A DNA stretch of 20,000 nucleotides, taken from Chiloscyllium plagiosum (taxonomy: Eukaryota). The first letter of the stretch is position 1; each line of letters begins with the position of its first letter. The stretch lies in the NCBI RefSeq assembly GCF_004010195.1, contig NC_057718.1, forward strand, positions 32,363,246 through 32,383,245, in the 5' to 3' direction. Under the pieces are notes generated by a model. It was not told the origin of the DNA. It searched no databases and saw only the letters and a program-made list of their open reading frames with translations. Of the stretch, positions 1-9,144 are shown piece by piece. The translations under genes and the position numbers were made by a program.

Positions 1-518
1 TACATACTTAATGACAACCAGAGCAATTTCAATCTCACATTCAATAAACTTAACTGTGTGTCTGAAGCTCATTCTTGTCTGGTACAATTTCACAGTGAAG
101 CTAGTAACATACTTATCCAATGCCTTAAGCATTAACAAAGCAAATGTCGCAAAATAAAATCATGTTTCATGCTTTTCTGGCAGATCTCCAATTCTTCTCC
201 TTCCTCCCTTGTACTCCCTCCCAGTGTGTGGTCTCTGAGTTTAACAACCATTATTATCCTGAACATGATATCGAGTAAATGATTCTTTCATTTAAGTGAC
301 CCCTTGATAGACCTTCATTTTCCTTGGTATCTCCATGTTGCCTGTTTGCAAGCAGGTTCTGCATTATTAAGAGCTAATCAGCCATTACGTCGCCAATGCG
401 GGACTGGCATTGTACATCAGCTGGAAGGTTGGCATTGGGCAGAAATCGTAGGATAGAAACATAAACACCAGAGCAGTCTTGATGAATGTGAGAAGGTGAC
501 TTGGTAGTTAGCAGTGCT

Positions 519-860
519 GGGGCAGCACGGTGGCTCAGTGGTTAGCACTGCTGACTCACTGTGCCAGGGACTCAGGTTCGATTCCAGCCTTGGGTGACTG
601 TCTGTGTGGAGTTTTTCTCCATATCTGTGTCTCCATATCTGCGTATGTTTCCTCCGGGTGTTCCGGTTTCCTCCTACAGTCTAAAGATGTGCACATTAGG
701 TGAATTGGCCATGCTGAATTGCCCGTAGTGTTCAGGGATGTGTAGGTTAGGTACATCAATCGGGGTAAGTGCAGAGTAACGGGGACTGGGTTTGGGTGGG
801 GTACTCTTTAGAGGTTCGGTGTCGAGTTGAAGGGCATATTTCCACACTGTAGGGATTCTA
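519..860 (+). mobile_element. tRNA-derived SINE, HE1/V-SINE-like, near full length
   Basis: A-box TGGCTCAGTGG, B-box GGTTCGATTCC, V-domain-like TGTGTGGAGTTT...TTTCCTCCGGGTG..CCGGTTTCCTCC, and a 3' tail TTTCCACACTGTAGGGATTCTA. Three related copies occur in the window. Confidence 0.85.
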
Positions 861-1580
861 AGTGACTATTTGCATGCACTATGGACATAGAGTTCAAGTG
901 TCTTCCCTCCCCCGCCACCAACACCACCATCACCACTACCCATACAACCATACATTACCTCCTACCTGATTGCCACAGGCCTTTCCCTTGGGTGCCCTGC
1001 AATGGCCTCCTGCCACCTAAATTTCTTTTTTCACCTATCAGCCAAGGTCAATATTCAGGAGAGATTCTTTCCTGAGTTAATTCTGTTAAAATCTGGACTT
1101 GCAACTCTAAACAAGGTCAGGACAGAAACAGTGAATGAAAAGATCCTCAGCACAGCTTTGGCTTGTTCCATCCAAGGTGAAGGGAAGTGTGTGGCAAGAT
1201 TACTGGGCTGGGCAGGAGCATCTGCTATGTGCTGCTGGAAAACCTCTGGACAATTCTTGCCAGAGTTAGTAAGAGTTCCATTAAGACACAGGAAAAGTTT
1301 CAAAAACATCAGTAGTCAAAGTTTATTGTTCATTGGCATGAGCTGAAGACCAGTAAGCTCCACTGGGAGCTGAAGAAATAACAAATTTACTTGATCATTA
1401 GATACTTTGTACATTTCTCTTGTGACCTCAAAGTGGCAGGATGCTGTAATTTTTCCCGGCCTATGAAAGACTTGAATGGCACAAAGCAATTTTACAAGTA
1501 ACCCCATCTCCATAATTTGATCATTGATGCCAAACAATGCTGGCAGATAGGATTCCCTTTGAGTAGGGCTTGAATTTCCT

Positions 1581-2061
1581 TGATTTGGAGGAGCTGGTGT
1601 TGGACTGCACTGGACAAAGATAAAAATCACACAACACCAGGTTATAGTGCAACAGGTTTATTTGGAAGCACTTGCTTTCGAGCGCTGCTGTACAAGGTGG
1701 TTGTCGAACATGACCATACGACACAGAATTTATAGCAAAAAGGTTACCATGTCATGGATTTCCAATGATATATTTAACAACTTTAGCTAAAAATCGCACC
1801 TCACCAGGTTATAGTTCTTAAGCAAATTTGGATTAAGTCTTTCATCTTTTAGAATGGGTTATGGTGGTTTAGGTTCTTTAATACCTAAGTCCCAGAATTA
1901 CATATATCATTCCAACTCAATGACACTGTAATCCTTTTGCTATAAATTCTGTGTCGTATGGTCATGTTCCACAACCACATGATGAAGAGGCAGCACCTTG
2001 AAAGCTAGTGCTTCCAAATAAACCGGTTGGACTATAACCTGGTGTTGTATGATTTTTAACT
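1581..2061 (-). mobile_element. Penelope-like terminal-repeat-derived fold-back element, family A, copy 1
   Basis: Inverted arms at about 1615-1756 and 1918-2064. TSD TTGAATTTCCT (1570-1580) / TTGAATTACCT (2062-2072). Degenerate hammerhead remnant ATGATGAAG...TGAAAGCTAGTG near 1979-2010. Homologous to 8652-8857 and 8940-9144. Confidence 0.8.
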
Positions 2062-2854
2062 TTGAATTACCTTGTTCTTGTTTTGCAGGCATTTTGCGAA
2101 TGAACCAAGACCTAACTTCAAGGACCTGTGTTGGGTTCAGTCTTGCTTCAGCCTTCTCAGTGATAGGCTCCTTACATCGATAAACGTGTGGCTAATGCCT
2201 GCTTTTGAGCCTGACAGAACTTGTTCTGCAACAAGTGGGATAGGTGGCAGACACTAACAGAATGTCACTTCTATGCAATTCCACCTGTGAAGCCAGGAGG
2301 AGCAAAAGGCTTCCCAGACTATTAGCATTTGCCTGCACCCCTTCATCAGTTTTCACAACTCCTGCTCTGAGATTTGCCTTTAGGCATTTGCTAGCAAGGC
2401 AAGCCATTCATTATTTGCACAGTCAGAGCTATTTCATTTATTTTCAATTATCGTTCATTTAGGATACAAACGAATTGTGCAAATATACAGTGTTCTTCAT
2501 TTCAAGATACAAAACTAAGACCATTTCAGGCAGTTATGCAACATATGCAAAGCTCTTTAGAACCTTTTAACACACCCAGAAATTAAGTTACAACAACAGT
2601 GAAGATATGGTTTACTCTGTGAGGAAATGAAAGCATTGGTCAGCCTGCTCTGCTTTGCATTTCAGGTTTTTGATGAATATAGTGAAATAGATTGAATATA
2701 CATGTCATTTACAATGAAACAATCTCAAAATTATTTTGTAGCAACTTTATCAAATGTAAGCGAACTGCGTCTTCACTCTGTGGAGTGCTGCTGGAGCAGT
2801 TTTCGAGCATGGTGTAATCAGAATGTTTGTTAAGTGGCTTTCTTCTCTCTTCAG

Positions 2855-2951
2855 TTGAACACAGGTCAGGATCCACAGCAATCGATCCCTGGAGCGGCAC
2901 CATCAGAAGAAGACAGATCGAAATCAGCACCAACATCCCCATGTGATCAGG
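2855..2951 (+). CDS. PRKCE: Protein kinase C epsilon, internal exon (97 bp; V3 hinge; equivalent to human exon 8)
   Basis: Acceptor ctttcttctctcttcAG ends at 2854 and donor G|GTAAGA starts at 2952. Translates LNTGQDPQQSIPGAAPSEEDRSKSAPTSPCDQ(E); PSEEDRSKSAPTSPCDQE is the PKC-epsilon hinge as recalled. The phase-1 end joins the next exon (G+AG = Glu). Confidence 0.96.
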
Positions 2952-3047
2952 GTAAGATCAGCAAATTGTCGAACCATTTATTGTTCAGCTTCCTCTCCTC
3001 TCCCCACACCATTTCTTCCACTTTATTGTGGAATCATTAGCATCATT

Positions 3048-3352
3048 GACATGGTAGCTCAGTGATTAGCAGTGCTGCCTCACAGTGCTAGGGACCAGGG
3101 TTCAATCCCACCCTCCACAACTGTCTGTCTGTGTGGAATTTGCACATTCTCTGCGGTTCTGCATGCATGGGTTTCCTCTCACATTTGAATGATGTGGAGG
3201 TTAGTGGATTGGCTGTGATAAATTGCCCATAATGTGCAGACTAGGTGAATTAGCTATGGGAATTGTAGGGTTATAGATTAGGGGTTTGGCTTTTATTTTA
3301 TTTGGCTGTTCAGAGGGGTGGTGTGGACTCGAATAGCCTGATTCCACAATGC
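3048..3352 (+). mobile_element. tRNA-derived SINE, HE1/V-SINE-like, diverged
   Basis: TAGCTCAGTGATTAGCA A-box, GGTTCAATCCC B-box, TGTGTGGAATTTGCACATTCTC. Colinear with 519-860. Confidence 0.8.
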
Positions 3353-4001
3353 AGATTGGATTGTTCATCATTTTCAGAATGGAAAATACCCCCAATATTT
3401 TTAGGCATTGCCATGGTCTAGTGAGTAAAGCAGTCAAAGAAAGAGGTGCTTTTATTTTCTTTCTCTCCTCCCCATAAGGAAAGATTTTGGTTACCTACAC
3501 TTTGTGTAAATATAGACAGAAGCAGTGTCTCCTTCAGTTGCTGACCTGAGAACTGACCACACTCCTTCAGTTGAAACTTAGACAGCTCACATTTCCCTGA
3601 TGGTTTCTGCTGGAACCACGTGCACTGCTGTTTAAGCATAAAGAGACTCCTCCAAAGTAACTGTATGTGGCTAACAAAGAACTCAATTACCAAGAACTGT
3701 GACTAGTTCAGTGTATGTTTGGTGTATTTTAAATAAAGAATATTCTGCTTATTTTTGGAACTTGAGGTTTTCTAATTTGCTCATCAATGTTTATGTTTGG
3801 ATTGTTCATGAAGCCATGCAATGCATCTTCTTGAATTCCCCCATCACTCAATATGTGAATGTCTTGTCCAATATGATGCTGTTCTGATATTCAGTCCTGA
3901 ATCTGCAGAGAGTTAACTTTTTATATCAGTGATGGGTTCTACACTTTAGCTCAGTGCCACTGGGCCAGGAACAGGAGGGATGAAACAAGATGTCTAATTC
4001 A

Positions 4002-4196
4002 AACTAAAACAAAACAAATAAGTGTGGTTGCTGAAGATCGGAAGCAGAAATAGAAATTGCTGGAGAAACTCAGCATGTCTGTCAGCATCCGCGGACAGAA
4101 AGCCGAGTTAACACTTCAAGTCATTAATTCTGCCTTCTTCCCACAGATGCTGCCAGACCCGCTGAGTTTCTCCAACAATTTCAGTTTCTGGTTCAG
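4002..4196 (-). mobile_element. Penelope-like terminal-repeat-derived fold-back element, family C
   Basis: Perfect 13-bp TSD GATGTCTAATTCA (3989-4001 / 4197-4209). Inverted arms CAGAAATAGAAATTGCTGGAGAAACTCAGC... and ...GCTGAGTTTCTCCAACAATTTCAGTTTCTG. Confidence 0.75.
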
Positions 4197-4339
4197 GATG
4201 TCTAATTCACCTGGATCAGGATGTAGTGGCCCTCTTATTTGCATGTGATGTTCCCGTCTGAGAATGTGTATGTGTTGGACAAGGCTCCAGAAGCATTGCA
4301 CCATAACACAAGTCTTTCACCATATCTGTTTGTTTGAGT

Positions 4340-4500
4340 ATTCACTCTTGGGAAGTGGGGGCTGCTGACAAGGCCAGTGTTTATTGTCCATCTAATTTGC
4401 CTCTTCAAAAGGTCCTTCTTGAACTGCAACAGTCCATGTGATGAAGATACTTGTACCTTCCATTTAGATGGGACATTCAAGAATCTTTATCTTGCAGTGA
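4340..4500 (-). mobile_element. Degenerate 3' end of a LINE (L2/CR1 group)
   Basis: TTCACTCTTGGGAAGTGGGGGCTGCTGACAAGGCCAGTGTTTATTGTCCATC...CCTTCTTGAACTGCAACAGTCCATGTG resembles a common shark LINE tail (from memory). Confidence 0.5.
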
Positions 4501-5563
4501 TTGTTGTACTGTAAATGTGTCCAGGCAAGGTTAATCCTGAGGAATACCATACGCACCATGCACTGTAATGATGCCATAAAGCCTACAGTTTTAGATGTGA
4601 ATGGAGTAAAACCTAATATCTGGTCCTCTTCAGAATCAGCAACAATGTAACCTGCAACTAGTTGCTAACATACATTAAACTGTATCTTGTTAACGGCAAG
4701 AAACAATGCTAGTTACAACAGGAAGTGGTTTTCCTCTGCCATATAAGACCAAGAAGTGCCTCTAGTTTCCTGCATTTAAAGAGGATGGAGGCAGCAACTT
4801 TCACATGATCACAGCATTTCCAATGTAGTGAGCTGACATGCCCATTCAAGAAGGTATGGGAAGGGAGCTGGTGCAAGTCATTACAGTGTCAGAGTTGTAC
4901 ATCAATGTTATCTGCCATCATGTAAAATGTAAATACCCAATTGGCCAATCCCTACAGTACGTACCTGATCTTAGCTATTGGCTGCTGATTGGGGCAAAAC
5001 GTGAGATGCATTAACCTGCAGACGAGAGACCTTCGGCCCCTTTAGGCTCTCTCTCAGAAGATTTGACAACGGGATTCAAAGTTAAGGACTGGATGTTACA
5101 TTTCTTGATGAGGTGAGGGAGGCAGAATGAAAACTCATGGTCCACCTGCTCCTGCTCCCATCCCTGCCATCTCCTTGTGTCCAGACAAGCCTATGAGATG
5201 GCCTATTAATGGCTATCTGGTGGGAACGATTATAGGTGCTTCCTGATCACAAATGCTTCCCTTTGCTCCCTTCCAACCTTGCAGTTATTATCAGGGATAA
5301 TTTTTTTTGCCTATGTTTAGAAACCATAATATACTCAGTACCTGATATTGGGGCATCGTATAACAAAGGACTGGTGCCATGGTTGTGGCTTGAATTGTAA
5401 AGGCTCCCTGCTCTCAGAAGCAGTCTTTATTATTCAGTGAAGACATAACATATTTTTAAAAAGATAATTTATACGAATGCACCAATTTTCCTACAAGAAT
5501 CTGCTAGTACATTCAACCATAGCCTGAGGTAGATCTGTTCAATGGTCCTTCAGCCTCTACATT

Positions 5564-5615
5564 ATGGCTGATATAAAGGACTCGGTGATATTGTGATGGC
5601 TGATATAAAGGACTC
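5564..5615. repeat. 20-bp perfect direct repeat with a 12-bp spacer
   Basis: ATGGCTGATATAAAGGACTC at 5564-5583 and 5596-5615. Confidence 0.9.
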
Positions 5616-7119
5616 TAAGTTTCTAAAACATCCAACACCCACAAAATGCAGCAGGTAATGAACACCTGCATATGGTTGAATTGTTAACAATGACTTGTTA
5701 ATTAATGTTTTCAGAGCGGTGAGCAGGCTGCTGTTTTCAGTTCCTATGCATGTTACATATTACTGGACAGTGGCCTGAAGGTGTTGGAAATTTCTGCCAG
5801 CACCTGAGGAGATGGTGCAGCACACCCAACTTGGGAAGTTCAAATCCAGTCCAGAGTTTTAATGTAGTAAATTGTAAAGATCTGATTCCATTGCCCTGCA
5901 TGTCAAAAACAGTAGCGCCTCAAATTAAGGCAAATAACAAAAAAAATTAACCATACATTTTTGCACATGTAGTGTAAAATCAGAATTTGTAATATATTAA
6001 AGAAGAGAAAGGGATGTATATTTGTACCAGAAGTGATCCAGAAAAGGACAGGAAAAAGGAAGAGAAAAAAGTTAAATTGGTTGTTCTGCACAGCTCTAAT
6101 GGACTAAATAACCTCCTTCTGAATGGTAAAATACTATGAATTGAATTTAATGGGGCATTGTTGTCCTAGTTCATCTAGTAAAATTGTCAGGGAAGCCCAG
6201 CCTTACGTGAGACATTGTCCTGCTGCTATTTAATGGATGATTGGATCTCAACCACTCAGCATCAGGGCGTCCTGTCTCAGAGCGCTGGCAAGTCAGTGGC
6301 CGGAGGAGGAGGGGGTGTCGGTGCTGCAGTGAGGCTGAGGGGAGGGCGAGCTACCCTAGTGCTGGGAACGGAGTCGAAGCTGTAAGCTTGTCAGGACCAA
6401 GCTGAAAAGCCCCGGGGAGTTGTGGCAGAGGGAGGCCTGCAGGCTGAGAGCTAGATCTTACAGGGACAGTGTCTCTGATGGACACTGGAGATTCCTCCCC
6501 CTTGTCCCAATGCCGCCTTAAGGTGAGAAAGCAACTGTCCTGCATGCTTGGGGTAGGCCCATCCCGACGTGGATTAAAACCCTCCATTGGGATGAAACCC
6601 TTAAATGGGTATTAATTGCTCTCCCCAGCCTCTGGTAAAGTTGCTGTGGGCAAGGAGCAGGTTTGTAGACAGCAGGCACAGCACCGATGGTATTTTATAA
6701 GGGCCCCCCCCCTTTCCCCCCAGCCCTTTAGTCTGCAGACGTTCTGCTGGAGTGGGGTTGGTAGAGGGGTGGCATATTATCTAGCCCTATGATTCTCAAA
6801 CAATCACCGGTACATCTCACCCACATCACAACCAATCGCAGTGGTATTCCCTGGAGTGCAGCAGTAAGCTCCATGCCTTCATTATGTAAGAAAAATGCTT
6901 CATTAGAGGATAAAGAACTTCTAGTCTCTCCCTTGTATCTCAATGGTGCATTATAAATGTATGTTGCTTTCTCATGTTTAGAGTGGTGTGTATCTAAGAT
7001 TTGAGGGCGGCAGTGGAAGAGGTCAAATTATAAAGAGCTGGTGTTTTGGTAACAAGTGAAAATTTATTTGGATAACACAAAGTTAAGTCCTACTTCAAAT
7101 GTCCATTTTGTTCCCTCAG

Positions 7120-7325
7120 AGCTGAAAGAACTTGAAAACAACATTAGAAAGGCACTTTCATTTGATAATAGAGGAGATGAACACAAAGGAGCAGGAGCAG
7201 ATACACAAGTGCTAACACCTGGTGAAAATGGGGAAAATGGAGAGCTGAAACAGTTCCAGAACAAGCATTATAATTTAGAAGACTTCTCCTTCATTAAAGT
7301 ATTAGGGAAAGGCAGCTTTGGCAAG
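7120..7325 (+). CDS. PRKCE: Protein kinase C epsilon, internal exon (206 bp; hinge plus glycine-rich ATP-binding loop; equivalent to human exon 9)
   Basis: Acceptor ttttgttccctcAG ends at 7119 and donor AAG|GTGAGT starts at 7326. Translates (E)[68 protein letters not shown], including the GxGxxG motif. Confidence 0.97.
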
Positions 7326-7493
7326 GTGAGTGTTGCGCTGTAGGGAATCACAATATTTGTTTAAATATCATACACATCAAGGAGACATTCTGTCGTATGA
7401 ATGTTAAGTTTCCCTTCTGTATTTATCCGAGTTACCTTATTCTCAAGGTATTTTCATTAAAGAAAACTATAAGAACTCTATATCAAAAGTGTT

Positions 7494-7625
7494 AGGCATA
7501 GTGGCTCAGTGGTTCGCACTACTGCCTCACAGTAGCAGACACCTGAATTCGATTCCACCCTCAAGCGACTGTCTGTGTGGAGTTTGCACATTCTCCCTGT
7601 GTCTGTGTGGGTTTCCTCATGAGGT
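7494..7625 (+). mobile_element. HE1/V-SINE-like SINE, 3'-truncated
   Basis: TGGCTCAGTGG A-box, ATTCGATTCC B-box, GACTGTCTGTGTGGAGTTTGCACATTCTCCCTGTGTCTG. Ends just before a CA microsatellite. Confidence 0.85.
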
Positions 7626-7631
7626 AGCTGT

Positions 7632-7632
<1 letters not shown>

Positions 7633-7667
<35 letters not shown>

Positions 7668-7669
7668 AC
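7633..7669. repeat. (CA)n microsatellite
   Basis: About 18 CA units with one TA interruption. Confidence 0.97.
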
Positions 7670-7815
7670 GAAAACACCACTTTATTTTATATTCAATAAT
7701 CCAACTAATCACTGTCAAGCACTCTTTTCATTCCCCCCGCCCCCTGTACCCCCACCTCCCCATCACTGCTAGGGATCACATCCCATTTGGGAGTGTCATG
7801 CGTGGGGATTTCCTA

Positions 7816-8041
7816 GGAGAAAGTGAGGACTGCAGATGCTGGAGATTAGAGTCAAGAGTGTGGTGCTGGAAAAGCACAGCAGGTCAGGCAGTATCCAAGG
7901 ACCAGGAGAGTCGATGTTTCAGGCAAGAGCCTCTCATCAGAAATCATATTCCTGATGAGAGACTCTTGCCTGAAACGCCGATTTCTCCTGCTCCTCAGAT
8001 GCTGCCTGACCTGCTGTGCTTTTCCAGCACCACACTCTCGA
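7816..8041 (-). mobile_element. Penelope-like terminal-repeat-derived fold-back element, family B
   Basis: Inverted arms at about 7852-7940 and 7952-8041 (GAGTGTGGTGCTGGAAAAGCACAGCAGGTCAGGCAG / CTGCCTGACCTGCTGTGCTTTTCCAGCACCACACTC). CTGATGA...GAAAC hammerhead motifs lie back to back at the centre. Confidence 0.8.
7910..7943 (-). ncRNA. Minimal type I hammerhead ribozyme motif (slightly degenerate)
   Basis: Minus strand reads CTGATGA-G-AGGC-tctt-GCCT-GAAA-CATC. Core and stem II are intact, the stem III palindrome is ACAT rather than ACGT, and stem I is weak. Confidence 0.55.
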
Positions 8042-8651
8042 TGGAGTTGGGATCTCCGTCAGTCCAGGAGAGTCGGGATTTCTGTCAGTTTGGGAGAGCA
8101 GGGTTCACTGGATAGGAGTTTGGGTGAGGAAGGGGTTACATGGTCAGTGAGGGAAAGCAGTGTTCTTAAAATGATTCTTGATTTCACCCCCCCCCCCCAC
8201 TCCCACCATTCAATCCAGTAGTAAACAAACAACAAAAAACAAATACCAAATAGACTTTTACTGCAGCTGTCAGTATTGCAGTGCTTTCCTCTGCTTCATC
8301 CATCTTCTGTGTACAGCAGGTCAGGTCATCAGTCATCACTGCCAGAGAGAAATGCTTCTGGTGCTGAATCCAGCTGTAAATACCAGGAATTTATTTTTAT
8401 CTCAGACTATACTACAGCACATAATAATTGTTTTGACATATAATTTACAATTTATAATTTTTGACATACAATTGTGAATTAGTCATTACTCACAAAATAA
8501 ACTAAACAAAACTTAATTCTCACTAAATAAGTAATCAGAATATGTTTTGAATGGTGAAGGACGAGGAAATTCTTACATTATTCAGAAGGATTTGGGAAAC
8601 CTAGATGAATTGCAGAAAGTGAATATGTAGGTACAGGCTAATAATTAGGAA

Positions 8652-8857
8652 TGATTCAGAGATGCCGGTGTTGGACTGGGGTGTACAAAGTTAAAAATCA
8701 CACAACACCAGGTTAGAGTCCAACAGGTTTAATTGGAAGCACACGAGCTTTCGGAGCGACGCTCCTTCATCACCTGATGAAGGAGCGTCGCTCCGAAAGC
8801 TAGTGTGCTTCAAATTAAACCTGTTGGATTATAACCTGGTGTTGTGTGATTTTTAAC
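8652..8857 (-). mobile_element. Penelope-like terminal-repeat-derived fold-back element, family A, copy 2 (young)
   Basis: 83-bp arms at 8690-8772 and 8775-8857 with 4 mismatches and no indels. TSD AATTAGGAA (8643-8651 / 8858-8866). Confidence 0.88.
8771..8805 (+). ncRNA. Minimal type I hammerhead ribozyme motif, intact core
   Basis: CAC (stem I) - CTGATGA - A - GGAGC gtc GCTCC (stem II) - GAA - AGCT (palindromic stem III) - A (H17, predicted cleavage after 8802) - GTG (stem I). Confidence 0.75.
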
Positions 8858-8939
8858 AATTAGGAAGACAGACGATATGTTTGTTTTTATTACAAAGGAT
8901 TGGAGGATGAGAATAAGGAAGTCTTACTGCAATTATCCA

Positions 8940-9144
8940 TGATGTGGAGGTGCCGGTGTTGGACTGGGGTAGACAAAGTTAAAAATCACAACAACAGGTT
9001 ATATCCAACTGATACAATAGATTGAACACACTGCATTGACACTATGATTTTTGCTATAAATTCTGTGTCTTATGATCCTACCCCACAAGTTGCTTCCAAA
9101 TAAACCTGTTGGACCATAACCTGATGTTGTGTGGTTTTTAACTT
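8940..9144 (-). mobile_element. Penelope-like terminal-repeat-derived fold-back element, family A, copy 3 (hammerhead deleted)
   Basis: Same left end TGAT...GCCGGTGTTGGACTGGGGT as copy 2, with an inverted right end. TSD TGCAATTATCCA (8928-8939) / TGCAGTTATCCA (9145-9156). Confidence 0.85.

Noticed and set aside
519..595. tRNA gene-like A and B boxes (also at 3050 and 7495)
   Set aside because: These are SINE heads that continue into SINE body sequence, with no complete cloverleaf.
616..643. 14-bp tandem duplication TCTCCATATCTG(T/C)G
   Set aside because: Ordinary slippage inside a SINE copy.
2071..2103. Strong-looking splice acceptor TTGTTCTTGTTTTGCAG at 2088
   Set aside because: Phase-0 reading hits TGA after four codons and no convincing donor follows, so there is no support for an exon.
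5564..5615. Repeat-spacer-repeat pattern resembling CRISPR
   Set aside because: Only two units, a 12-bp spacer and a vertebrate intron context. It is a simple local duplication.
7489..8115. 208-aa + strand ORF
   Set aside because: It runs through a SINE, a CA microsatellite (HTHTHT) and a palindromic element, so it is a chance frame.
8690..8857. Palindromes as miRNA precursors, terminators or DNA-transposon MITEs
   Set aside because: Multi-copy homology, asymmetric ends, variable TSDs and hammerhead cores fit Penelope-like derivatives better. There is no small-RNA evidence.
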